Positions 1-8,075 of a stretch of DNA of 21,954 nt are shown one piece after another. A model generated the notes under the pieces. That model did no database searches. It saw only the letters and a list, made by a program, of their open reading frames with translations, and was not told the DNA's origin. A program made the position numbers and the translations under genes. The stretch covers positions 1 through 21,954 of the forward strand of contig JBHGBC010000099.1 in NCBI GenBank assembly GCA_041946805.1, in the 5' to 3' direction. The DNA comes from a bacterium (GTDB lineage: Bacteria > Hinthialibacterota > Hinthialibacteria > Hinthialibacterales > Hinthialibacteraceae). Position 1 is the first letter of the stretch; each line of letters starts with the position of its first letter.

Positions 1-60
1 GCGGTTGACGCATCGCCGGAATTCGGATCTCGGCAAGAAGTCCATGATTTGTGAGAAAAA
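1..60 (-). mobile_element. N-terminal fragment of an IS4-family (DUF4372-type) transposase running off the left edge; the extreme N-terminus appears lost
   Basis: Minus-strand translation of 60..1 gives FFSQIMDFLPRSEFRRCVNR, resembling the remembered N-terminus of IS4/DUF4372 transposases (MNxGKTVFSQxMDFLPxxEFRxCVxRY). In-frame sequence further upstream is AT-rich and lacks the MNxG start. Not in the ORF track. Confidence 0.65.
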
Positions 61-165
61 TAAAAACGATAAATAGAAATAGGCCGAAATGATATAACTA
101 ACGGAATATAAATAACTTATAATTCTTTTTACATCAAATAATGTGATTGCATATGATTAAAATAT

Positions 166-2022
166 ATGAAAAATTTAATTCCAAAAATTCTTAAAAAAAA
201 CCACCCCGCCCTGGCCGCGCTCGTCCAAAACGGCGGCGAGGACGCCCGCGTATCGCTCCAGGATACCCCCTCGGGCGCGCCCACGTTGATCGTTCAGACT
301 TCAGGAAAGACGTATGCCCTGCATCATCCGGAGGATCCCCTGGGTCACGCCCGGCAATGGCTCGAATCCCGGCCGGAATGGAAAAAGGCCCGCAATATCG
401 CCGTGCTGGGCTGCGGCCTGGGATATATCCCCATCCTGCTTCATCGCGCGCAACCAAAACTACAGCATCTTTTTGTGCTGGAACCTTCGCTGAGCGTTTT
501 TCGCCAGGCGCTGCGGATTGCTGAAATGCAGCCGCTCCTCGTAGATCCCCGGGTGCATTTCGTTGTGGGTTCCGAACCGGGAGCGGTGTATAAGGCCATG
601 CTCCAATGCTTAATGGACCTGGTGGCTAATCCGCTTTTTTTCCTGGGAGTTGCCTCCATCACCACCGCGTTTCCTGAATGGGCGCGTTCAGCCGAGCAGG
701 AAATCCAAGATGTACTGCGGCTCGGGAAAAGCGGCCTGCGGACCAAGTTCCGGGACGCGCCCCTGACTTTGCATAATCTTTTTCGGAATCTGGCCGCCGT
801 GGCCGCCGCGCCCGGTCTGAATTCCTTAGAGGAACGGTTGCATGGCGTTCCCGCCATCATCGTCGCGGCCGGCCCGTCTTTGAAGAAAAATATCCAGGAT
901 CTTAAGAAAGCCGGCGATCATTTTTTGATCATCGCCACCGATACTGCCTTCGAGCCGCTGCGCCGGGCGGGAGTCACGCCCCACCTGGTGGTGACCGTCG
1001 ATCCCACGGAACTCAATCTGAAGCATTTTCAAACCAGCGCGTACGGGCCGGAAACCGTGCTGCTCTTCGATCCCGAGGCGCGGCCGGAACTGCCTCCCCG
1101 TTTCAGCCGGTGGATGACCTTCCTGACCGACAAACATCCCTTTTTCGAGTGGCTGAAGCAGCGGATCGGAGACAAAGGCATGCTCCACAAAGGAGGCATG
1201 GTGTCGCAGGCGGGGATCTACGCCGCCCATTATTGGGGGTGCCGCCCCATTATCCTGGCAGGCCAGGATTTGGCCTTGGATCCGGACACCGGCGACACCC
1301 ACGATCCACGCACCGCCTTGTGCCGAAACGCGCGCTACTTGGAGGGAGACATGAACCATGTGGATTTTCCTCGGGGCGTGGATGAATCCGGGGCCGATCT
1401 CTCCCGCGAAGCCCTGTACTGGGTGGAAGGAGTGGACGGCCGGCCCGTCCCAACGCTGCATAACCTGTTGGTTTATCTTCGGATGCTGGAAGAAGACATC
1501 CGGATGATGCGGCTGGACGTGATTGACGCCACCGAGGGCGGGGCGAAAATCCAGGGGACACGGATTCTGCGGCTGGCCGACGCGATTGCACGATACTGGA
1601 ATGATTCCATCGATGTCCGGCGCGTCCTGGACAAGGCGGGGAAGGTGTATGGTACTCATCCGGACTCGACGATCCCAATCCAGTTGCTGGAACTTATGCA
1701 TACACGGGTAGAGATCGCCCATGCGGGTTTGCAGTATTTAAACCAGTGCATTAATCAAGCACAGTCAAACTTATCCATATCAGCCATATCCGGCTTGGCA
1801 AAAGAGTTCGAAGAATTTCGCGTGCGGATTTTTTCCGATCCGGTGGCGGATTACCTGATTGAATACGCGGCCCCGCGTGAATTGTTTGAATTTTTGAAGT
1901 CAGGCCCCGCGGATCTGACGGATGAAGAGGAGCGGAAGCAACTGATAAAACGCTACCGGGCTTTGTTCACGGCCACTCTCCAGGCGGTGGAGAGGATTGG
2001 GGAATGGCTTAAGGCAAAGTAA
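166..2022 (+). CDS. Maf (motility-associated factor)/DUF115, MptE-like domain glycosyltransferase
   Basis: 618 aa with family motifs IAVLGCGLGY, IIVAAGPSL, IIATDTA, PHLVVTVDP, IILAGQDLA and VIDATEGGAKIQG. The exact start is uncertain because it lies in AT-rich DNA. Confidence 0.85.
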   Translation: MKNLIPKILKKNHPALAALVQNGGEDARVSLQDTPSGAPTLIVQTSGKTYALHHPEDPLGHARQWLESRPEWKKARNIAVLGCGLGYIPILLHRAQPKLQHLFVLEPSLSVFRQALRIAEMQPLLVDPRVHFVVGSEPGAVYKAMLQCLMDLVANPLFFLGVASITTAFPEWARSAEQEIQDVLRLGKSGLRTKFRDAPLTLHNLFRNLAAVAAAPGLNSLEERLHGVPAIIVAAGPSLKKNIQDLKKAGDHFLIIATDTAFEPLRRAGVTPHLVVTVDPTELNLKHFQTSAYGPETVLLFDPEARPELPPRFSRWMTFLTDKHPFFEWLKQRIGDKGMLHKGGMVSQAGIYAAHYWGCRPIILAGQDLALDPDTGDTHDPRTALCRNARYLEGDMNHVDFPRGVDESGADLSREALYWVEGVDGRPVPTLHNLLVYLRMLEEDIRMMRLDVIDATEGGAKIQGTRILRLADAIARYWNDSIDVRRVLDKAGKVYGTHPDSTIPIQLLELMHTRVEIAHAGLQYLNQCINQAQSNLSISAISGLAKEFEEFRVRIFSDPVADYLIEYAAPRELFEFLKSGPADLTDEEERKQLIKRYRALFTATLQAVERIGEWLKAK

Positions 2023-2046
2023 TTGGGGGTCCAAGTGATTTCCCGA

Positions 2047-2075
2047 TTGACAACCCATTCCTTCAATTCTATTAT
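2047..2075 (+). promoter_or_regulatory. sigma70-type promoter for the sdpRI-like operon
   Basis: TTGACA (2047-2052), 17-bp spacer, TATTAT (2070-2075), 35 bp upstream of the ATG at 2111. Confidence 0.8.
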
Positions 2076-2094
2076 TTAGCTCATTAGCGAAATA
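2073..2094. promoter_or_regulatory. Putative ArsR/SdpR operator (inverted repeat)
   Basis: TATTTAGCT-CATT-AGCGAAATA, 8/9 dyad symmetry, overlapping the -10 element and likely transcription start of an ArsR-family gene. Confidence 0.7.
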
Positions 2095-2110
2095 CAAAAA
2101 TAAGGCCGCC

Positions 2111-2383
2111 ATGAATCGTGTCTACAAAGCCCTTGCCGATCCCACCCGGCGCAAGATCCTCGAACTGCTGCGCCGGCGGGATATGTCGGCGGGTGAACTG
2201 GCCGGGCATTTCGACCTGGCCAAGCCCACCCTCTCGCGCCATTTCGCCGTGTTGCGCGAAGCGGACCTGATCCACAGCGAGAAAAGCGGCGCCACAATCA
2301 TATACAGCCTGAATGTCTCGGTCCTGGAGGAAGCCTTGCTGGCGCTGATGAGCGCCTTTCATATTGGCATAGGGAGTGAATAA
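2111..2383 (+). CDS. sdpR: ArsR/SmtB-family transcriptional autorepressor, SdpR-like
   Basis: 90 aa: YKALADPTRRKILELL...MSAGELAGHF...PTLSRHFAVLREADLI...G..IIYSLN.SVLEE. No metal-binding Cys. Directly upstream of an SdpI-like gene. Confidence 0.85.
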   Translation: MNRVYKALADPTRRKILELLRRRDMSAGELAGHFDLAKPTLSRHFAVLREADLIHSEKSGATIIYSLNVSVLEEALLALMSAFHIGIGSE

Positions 2384-2385
2384 TC

Positions 2386-3075
2386 ATGAACAACGAATCC
2401 CGGTTGAATCTTAAACCGATTGTTTACGTTGGTTTTATTGCAATTACCTTGATGTTTATTCTTTCTGCCTATGGTTGGCTGCATGTGCCCGCGGATCAGC
2501 GGATTCCCGTCCACTGGGGTATCAACGGCCAACCGGACCGGTATGGCTCCAAGTTCGAGGGATTGCTCAGTATCCCGCTGGTTTCTTGTATCCTCTTTGC
2601 CCTATTCTTGGCGATCCCCTGGCTGGAACCCCGGCGTATGAATCTGGAACGCTCCCAGAAAGCCTATAAGGCGATCATCATCGGCCTGTTTCTCTTCATG
2701 CTGGTTCTGCAGGGAACCATGGTCTTCAGCGCTCTGGGCTATCCGTTCGGCATGAGCCAAATCGTTCCCACCGGCGTGGGCCTGCTGTTTTTACTTATCG
2801 GAAACTACATGGGAAAAATGCGCAGCAATTTCTTCATGGGCATCCGGACGCCCTGGACTCTCTCCAGCGACCTGTCCTGGAACAAAACCCACCGCCTCGG
2901 GGGCAAACTGTTCGCCGGATTCGGTGTGTTGATGATGATCCTCCCCTGGCTGGTTGATGGATCGGTCTTGTTCGGTTTCCTCATTGCCGGCATCGTGATC
3001 GTCGCCCTGGTCCCGATTGTGTATTCGTACGTGGTCTGGAAATCGGATCCGGACAAGCAAACCGCCGGGCGGTGA
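2386..3075 (+). CDS. sdpI: SdpI-family immunity membrane protein (DUF1648 + SdpI domains)
   Basis: About six hydrophobic segments; motifs IPVHWGINGQPDRYGSK, IGNYMGK...NFFMGIRTPWTLSSDLSWNKTHRLGGKLF. Starts 2 bp after the sdpR stop, with RBS GGGAG. Confidence 0.9.
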   Translation: MNNESRLNLKPIVYVGFIAITLMFILSAYGWLHVPADQRIPVHWGINGQPDRYGSKFEGLLSIPLVSCILFALFLAIPWLEPRRMNLERSQKAYKAIIIGLFLFMLVLQGTMVFSALGYPFGMSQIVPTGVGLLFLLIGNYMGKMRSNFFMGIRTPWTLSSDLSWNKTHRLGGKLFAGFGVLMMILPWLVDGSVLFGFLIAGIVIVALVPIVYSYVVWKSDPDKQTAGR

Positions 3076-3082
3076 CCGTTAT

Positions 3083-3138
3083 ATTTCGCGTTTCCCTCCG
3101 TTTATATTTGTATAAACTTGAGGGAGGATTCGCGAAAT
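3083..3138 (+). promoter_or_regulatory. Long intergenic stem-loop that sequesters the RBS and start codon of the downstream gene
   Basis: ATTTCGCG(3083-90)/CGCGAAAT(3131-38), TCCCTC(3093-98)/GAGGGA(3120-25) and GTTTATA(3100-06)/TATAAAC(3111-17) form nested pairs. Confidence 0.55.
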
Positions 3139-3679
3139 GAGAAAAATGGCTCATTGGATGATCTCACTTTTGCCCCTCATGCTTTTCAATTGTTCCGATC
3201 AGCCGGATAGTGATAAAGGCGCCGTGCCCGGCAGCGCTGCGGTGCGAGAGCTGCAATCCGTTGAATCGCCAGTTCCCGGCCCGGAAATCCAATCCGCCGT
3301 CTCCAGTGGGGATTTGGCGGGTGTGGCCAAAATGTTCTTGAAACTCGTATCCGGAGGGGATTTCAACCATGCGGTGACGGCTTTTTCTCCCTCATTGAAG
3401 AAGAAAATGCCCCCCGCGCAACTGAAAAATTGGTGGGAGCAGGAGAACCGGGAAATGGGAAAATTCCAAAGCCGCGGCGCGGTGGGCATCGCCTCGGAAA
3501 ACGGCCGTTCGGTGATTTACATCGGCTGTATCTTCGAAAAGGGAATCCGGGATTTGCGAATTGCGTTCAACTCCGATTCCCAAATCGATGACCTCTCCCT
3601 CGTGCCTTCCGGCGTTTTTCATGAATTGCCGCCGGAAATCCATGAAATAGTGGAACCGGCAAGCCAACCGGAGAAATAA
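3137..3679 (+). CDS. Exported protein or probable lipoprotein with a DUF3887-like domain
   Basis: Signal-like N-terminus ending LMLFN-C; low-complexity linker; then AKMFLKLVSGGDF..A...FS..LKKKMP..QLKNWW....MGKF...FEKG...LRIAFN...QI..L, typical of DUF3887. RBS GGAGG. Confidence 0.65.
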   Translation: MRKMAHWMISLLPLMLFNCSDQPDSDKGAVPGSAAVRELQSVESPVPGPEIQSAVSSGDLAGVAKMFLKLVSGGDFNHAVTAFSPSLKKKMPPAQLKNWWEQENREMGKFQSRGAVGIASENGRSVIYIGCIFEKGIRDLRIAFNSDSQIDDLSLVPSGVFHELPPEIHEIVEPASQPEK

Positions 3680-3701
3680 TATTCTTTCTTAGACCACAAC
3701 C

Positions 3702-5057
3702 ATGGAATCCATACTCAAGGAAGCCCAAGCGCTCGCCGCATCCGGCCGGTTGGAGGAGGCGGGATCGCTTTTGGAACGGAAGGCGGCGGAACACCCGGAT
3801 TCATCCGAACTGTTAGCCCACCTCGGTTATTTCCATTATTCCCGTGGCTGTTATGGCCGGGCTCTGGAGGCCTATTCCCGGTATATCCAAATCGCCAGAC
3901 CGGACGCCGGGATCTGCGAAATCCTGGCCGATATCCACCTCCACCGCCGGGATTACGCCTCGGCCCGGCATTGGCTGCGGCAAGCGCGGGACCGCGGCAG
4001 CCGTCAAGGACATCACGGCTTTCGAGTCTATTACACCTTTCTCCAAGAATCTTTATCGGCCTTGGTTCGATTCATCCAGTCATCCTCGCGTTCGTCTGGA
4101 ATTGTGGGAAAAACCGTGTGGATGACCGTTTTGGGCATCAAATCCCTTCTTTCGTCTACAGCCATTCTACCGGTGCGTTGGTTGGAGAGGCTTTTTCCCG
4201 ATTGGGCATGTCCTGAAAAAGGAGAGAGTGATTTCCGGCTGAGCGATTTTCTCGCTTTCTTGAAACGGTACGATACTAATTTTTCCAGGGAAAGCCTGGC
4301 CTATCACAAGATCCGTGAAGTGATCCTGGCCTCCCGCCACATCCCCTTCCAAGCTCATCAAGCGAAAATTCTTGACATCGGCACCGGCTTGAATCCCTTG
4401 CCGCTTTACTGGTCTTCACAAGGAGCCCAAGTCCTGGTCCTGGACGGCTCCACTTACTCGTTCGCGCATTTGAAAGAGGTTGAAGTATACGCCATAACCG
4501 AATCCAAATCAACCAGATGTGATTACCTCGCCGGTGACGCCCGCGCTCTCCCCTTCGCTTCCAACTCGCTGGACGCAGTCACCGCGCTGTGCGTGATCGA
4601 ACACATTCCCGGATCGGGAGACATCGATTGCCTGCGGGATATTCACCGGGTCCTGCGGCCGGGTGGAATCGCGGTGGTCACGGTGGAAACGTCCAGCCAA
4701 TATGAGGAAAACTGGTTGGAAGTGCCCTATCCCATCGGGTACCAGACCAACCCGGGTGGACCACCGGCTCAAGGACGGGGCTGGCACGAAGTGTTTTGCC
4801 GTAACTATTCACCCGGGCAGGTCCGGAAACGGCTGTTGGAATCCGCTGACTGGCTGGTTGTGGATTCCGGATACTATGATGACCGGCGGCTGCCCATCCG
4901 GCGATGGTTGGATCCCGCGCGGCATTCACCCCTGGCGTTTCTGTTGCGGCCCTGGCAGCCGTTGTTATCATTGCTGTTTTTTCGTCCGGCAGGTAAAGGG
5001 GACAATCTAACGCCATCCAGCATCGGTTATGTGGTTCTGCGGAAATCCGGTATATAG
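3702..5057 (+). CDS. TPR-repeat + class I SAM-dependent methyltransferase (Methyltransf_11-like)
   Basis: N-terminal TPR-like helices (LAHLGYFHYSRGCYGRALEAY); motif I ILDIGTG; GDARALPFASNSLDAVTALCVIEHIP; IHRVLRPGG. Confidence 0.8.
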   Translation: MESILKEAQALAASGRLEEAGSLLERKAAEHPDSSELLAHLGYFHYSRGCYGRALEAYSRYIQIARPDAGICEILADIHLHRRDYASARHWLRQARDRGSRQGHHGFRVYYTFLQESLSALVRFIQSSSRSSGIVGKTVWMTVLGIKSLLSSTAILPVRWLERLFPDWACPEKGESDFRLSDFLAFLKRYDTNFSRESLAYHKIREVILASRHIPFQAHQAKILDIGTGLNPLPLYWSSQGAQVLVLDGSTYSFAHLKEVEVYAITESKSTRCDYLAGDARALPFASNSLDAVTALCVIEHIPGSGDIDCLRDIHRVLRPGGIAVVTVETSSQYEENWLEVPYPIGYQTNPGGPPAQGRGWHEVFCRNYSPGQVRKRLLESADWLVVDSGYYDDRRLPIRRWLDPARHSPLAFLLRPWQPLLSLLFFRPAGKGDNLTPSSIGYVVLRKSGI

Positions 5058-5061
5058 AAAA

Positions 5062-5090
5062 TTCACTACCGGGACGCAGAGAACGCGGAG
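5062..5090 (+). repeat. Degenerate short-period (ACGCAGAG-type) repeat
   Basis: TTCACTACCGGGACGCAGAGAACGCGGAG directly after the stop codon. Resembles the short-unit tandem repeats often seen near GxxExxY genes (recognition only). Confidence 0.35.
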
Positions 5091-5135
5091 GATTGTTATT
5101 AAGAAGGATGACTAGACTGCTAGTTGGGGGGATTG

Positions 5136-5185
5136 AATCACGGCAATCACGGATGGGACACGGATGACACGGATGACACGGATGA
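5136..5185 (+). repeat. 9-bp tandem repeat (GACACGGAT)x3 plus two degenerate units
   Basis: GACACGGAT at 5157, 5166 and 5175, preceded by AATCACGGC and AATCACGGATGG. Confidence 0.85.
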
Positions 5186-5206
5186 TTGAATGCGGTTTGG
5201 GTGAAA

Positions 5207-5234
5207 GTAGGGGCGCGTTATACCGTGCCTCTAC
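5207..5234. repeat. GTAG-type REP palindrome
   Basis: GTAGGGGCGCGTTATACCGTGCCTCTAC: GTAG...CTAC ends with an imperfect stem. Confidence 0.65.
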
Positions 5235-5255
5235 GGTAGTGGGCGATAGGTTTTA

Positions 5256-5294
5256 GTAGGGTGGATGAGTGTGCGCAGCAGCACCTAATCCATC
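5256..5294 (+). repeat. GTAG-type REP (GGTGGAT...AATCCATC family)
   Basis: GTAGGGTGGATGAGTGTGCGCAGCAGCACCTAATCCATC, imperfect hairpin. Related element at 16297-16323. Confidence 0.55.
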
Positions 5295-5320
5295 AAGCCC
5301 ACAACCTCCCTTTTCTGCTT

Positions 5321-5352
5321 CCTCTCCCTCTGGGAGAGGGTCGGGGTGAGGG
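5321..5352 (+). repeat. BoxC-like element, copy 1
   Basis: CCTCTCCC-TCT-GGGAGAGGG-TCG-GGGTGAGGG. Confidence 0.9.
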
Positions 5353-5408
5353 AAAAACCTTGCGGAAATGGCAATCCTTTGACCGTCAGAAAAACCTGAG
5401 TTGGTTGC

Positions 5409-5491
5409 GGGAGGGCGAGGCTCCCGCCGAGCCGCTGGGCAATCCAAATCCCATGGGTTATATGACGGCTCACCAGGAGGTCCGCCCTTCC
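5409..5491 (+). repeat. REP-doublet (REPIN-like) element, copy 1
   Basis: Left arm GGGAGGGCGAGGCTCCCGCCGAGCCG is identical to 11893-11918. Right arm CGGCTCACCAGGAGGTCCGCCCTTCC is 23/26 identical to 11947-11972. The arms are imperfect inverted repeats. Confidence 0.85.
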
Positions 5492-5644
5492 GGATCTCCT
5501 ATCCCTGCTGATCACGCAGTTTCTGAAAACTCCATAATCCAACTCCCTGTAAAATCTTGTGAAACAGCGCGTTGGAGTAATTGGCTAGCGCCTGTTTTCA
5601 GGTAAGATCATGGGAGAACCACTGGCGCGAAAGGCACGGGCTCC

Positions 5645-6403
5645 ATGGAAATCCATCCGGATCACCAGGATACGCTACCCAAGTTGTCGATCATCGTTCC
5701 GATCTACAATGAAGAGGAACTGTTGCCCGAAGTGCTCCGGCGGGTGCGGGCCATCGATTGGAAAAACCGCGAGATCATCCTGGTCAACGACTGCTCCACC
5801 GACACCACCGCCGCCATTCTCCAGCAGGAACAACAACACCCGGACACCAAGGTGCTCACCCACGGACGCAACCAAGGGAAAGGGGCGGCCATCCGCACCG
5901 GCTTGCAGCATTTTACGGGGGACATCGTCATTATCCAGGACGCGGATCTGGAATACGATCCGAACGAGATCCTCCATGTCGTGCGGCCGATTGCCGAGGG
6001 GAAGACACTGGTTTGTTTCGGTTCGCGGTTCATCGGCTCGGTGGAGGCCATGCGCCTGCCCAACCGGATCGCCAACTGGATTCTGGCTCAGCTGGTGTCC
6101 TGGCTGTTCGGCCAGCGCATCACCGACGAAGCCACCGCCTACAAGGCCTTTCACCGCTCCGTGATCGAGAAAATTCCATTGGAGTGCCACGGTTTCGAAT
6201 TTTGCCCGGAAGTGACCAGCAAGGTGTTGAAAATGAAATACGGGATTCTCGAAGTGCCGGTCTCGTTCAAGGCCCGGACCATTGCCGAGGGCAAAAAAAT
6301 CGGCTGGCGCGATTTCTTCACCGCCGTTTGGACGATTCTTCGAGTGCGCCTGTTCTGGAAAGCCGAAAATCCAGTCCCGCCTTCGTCATCCCATCATGAA
6401 TGA
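5645..6403 (+). CDS. Glycosyltransferase family 2, polyprenol-phosphate glycosyltransferase (DPM-synthase-like)
   Basis: LSIIVPIYNEE, EIILVNDCSTD, NQGKGAAIRTG, IIQDADLEYDP, FGSRF, GFEFCPEVT, R...EGKKIGWRD. Confidence 0.9.
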   Translation: MEIHPDHQDTLPKLSIIVPIYNEEELLPEVLRRVRAIDWKNREIILVNDCSTDTTAAILQQEQQHPDTKVLTHGRNQGKGAAIRTGLQHFTGDIVIIQDADLEYDPNEILHVVRPIAEGKTLVCFGSRFIGSVEAMRLPNRIANWILAQLVSWLFGQRITDEATAYKAFHRSVIEKIPLECHGFEFCPEVTSKVLKMKYGILEVPVSFKARTIAEGKKIGWRDFFTAVWTILRVRLFWKAENPVPPSSSHHE

Positions 6404-7808
6404 GCGCGCCTCGAACCTCGTGATTCTCGGAGCCGGCATCGCGGGCCTGGCCACCGCCTGGAAACTGTTGCGGGAACAGCCAGGGCGCGCCGTGACCTTG
6501 ATCGAACGCGACGCGCAGCCCGGCGGCCTGGCCAAAACCATCACCTGGAATGGATATAAACTGGACCTGGGCCCGCACCGGTTCCATACCGATATCCCCG
6601 AGGTCAAGCAATTCATCAAAACCTTTTGCCAGGAGCGGATGATCACTGTCAAACGTTCCAGCCGCATGTACCTGAATGGGCGGTATATCCCCTACCCGAT
6701 CAAGGTGCTGCCGACTCTTCAGGCGCTGGGATTGGCATCGACGGTCTCCTTCACCGCCTCCGCCCTCAGCGTCCTGTTCCGGCGCAAACAGGCTCAGGCC
6801 CGATCGTACGAAGAGTATGTCATCGGTTACTACGGCGAGCCGCTCTACCGCCGGATTTTCCTGCCCTTCGCCGAGAAGGTCTGGGGGATTCCCGCGAGCC
6901 GGATCACCGCCGAGACCGCCCGGGTCCGCCTGCGGGGCGAGAATATCTGGCATGCCTTGCGCGATAGCTTGTTGTCCAGCGGTAAAACCTACGTGGCGGA
7001 GTTTCTCTATCCTCCCAACGGGATTGGTGAGATTCCACAAAAATTCGCCCAGGAAATCGAAGCCATGGGGGGTCTGATCCATTACAGCCATGACGTGACC
7101 GCCGCCGGTTTGGGGAACTCCGGTGTGGAGTATGTCGAAGCGCGGGGACCGGAAGGTCTCCGCCGTTTCCCCTGTGAGGCCGTTGTTTCGACCCTCCCCT
7201 TGCCGGCCCTGGCAGGGTTGTTGAAGCCTGCGCCCCCGCCGGATATCCATTACGCGGCAGAATCGCTGCGGTTCCGCGCGCTGGTCTTGCTTTACCTGTT
7301 GTATCCGGAAGATTTAAGCATCCCAGACACTTGGCTTTATTATCCTGAGGACCATGTTCCTTTTTCACGGATCAGCGTTCCCGGCAACTTCAATCCCCGC
7401 GGAGAACGGGACTGCCGGACGTGCCTGTGCGTGGAGTTCCCTTGTGCGGTGGATTCAGAGACCTGGCAAGCCGCGCCGTTGGATTTGGCCCGCCGGGTGG
7501 ACGAAGTGCTGCTTGCCTCCGGTCTGGTGGCCACGCGCGCCAGCGACGCCCTCACGGTGCGTATCCGGGAAGGGTATCCTTTGTATGAGATCGGATATGA
7601 ACAGCATCGGCGGGATTTATTATCGTATCTGCAATCGTTGAAGAATCTATTGACCGCCGGCCGCCAGGGTTTGTTCCGCCACAACAATCTCGATCAATCC
7701 ATCCAGATGGGTATTTTGGCCGCGGAGGAGATACTCCAGGCCAGGGGTGATTTTTATACCTGGTATGACCAGGTGGACCGGTTCAACCAGTACCGAATCG
7801 TCGATTAA
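6396..7808 (+). CDS. FAD-dependent oxidoreductase (protoporphyrinogen-oxidase / UDP-galactopyranose-mutase-like family)
   Basis: Rossmann motif VILGAGIAGLATA, LDLGPHRFHT, FAEKVWG, FLYPPNGIG, YPLY, GRQGLFRHNNLDQS. Start reassigned to ATG 6396, which overlaps the GT2 end by 8 bp. Confidence 0.85.
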   Translation: MNERASNLVILGAGIAGLATAWKLLREQPGRAVTLIERDAQPGGLAKTITWNGYKLDLGPHRFHTDIPEVKQFIKTFCQERMITVKRSSRMYLNGRYIPYPIKVLPTLQALGLASTVSFTASALSVLFRRKQAQARSYEEYVIGYYGEPLYRRIFLPFAEKVWGIPASRITAETARVRLRGENIWHALRDSLLSSGKTYVAEFLYPPNGIGEIPQKFAQEIEAMGGLIHYSHDVTAAGLGNSGVEYVEARGPEGLRRFPCEAVVSTLPLPALAGLLKPAPPPDIHYAAESLRFRALVLLYLLYPEDLSIPDTWLYYPEDHVPFSRISVPGNFNPRGERDCRTCLCVEFPCAVDSETWQAAPLDLARRVDEVLLASGLVATRASDALTVRIREGYPLYEIGYEQHRRDLLSYLQSLKNLLTAGRQGLFRHNNLDQSIQMGILAAEEILQARGDFYTWYDQVDRFNQYRIVD

Positions 7809-7923
7809 GTCCTGGTGAAGTACGCATTTCACTGCTCCAATATCCTGGCAGGTGATTAAACCAGGATGCAAACCCGGTAACAATTGTGATCCAGGGATTG
7901 AGGCGGAATCCCGGGAATGAATT

Positions 7924-7956
7924 CCCTCTCCCTCTGGGAGAGGGCCAGGGTGAGGG
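7924..7956 (+). repeat. BoxC-like element, copy 2
   Basis: CCCTCTCCC-TCT-GGGAGAGGG-CCA-GGGTGAGGG. Confidence 0.9.
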
Positions 7957-8075
7957 TAAGAATATCCTGAAAGGGCGCTATCCCTGCTATCCGCACCCTC
8001 GAGCGAATATTCGCATGTAATTATTTCAAGATACTCTGGAATGACTCAACCGAATCCAGGAGGTGGCCCAATTCG

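Noticed and set aside
5136..5185. CRISPR-like array
   Set aside because: The 9-bp units are contiguous with no spacers, and no cas genes are present. The dispersed 33-bp repeats are kilobases apart.
5253..5605. Short ORFs (64-114 aa) in the repeat-rich gap, and similar ones at 15176-15445 and 11815-12006
   Set aside because: They are translations of BoxC/REP repeats (e.g. PLPLGEGRGEG, PHPDPLPEGE) and show no other coding features.
6282..6395. N-terminal extension of the oxidoreductase ORF
   Set aside because: It overlaps the GT2 gene; the Rossmann motif begins right after ATG 6396.
7809..8075. Possible cobalamin riboswitch upstream of the B12 radical SAM gene
   Set aside because: Small hairpins exist (ATCCTGG/CCAGGAT, GGGATT/AATCCC), but the conserved GGGAA...GCCCCCGC.ACTGT core and B12 box are not recognisable. 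An Infernal search would settle it.
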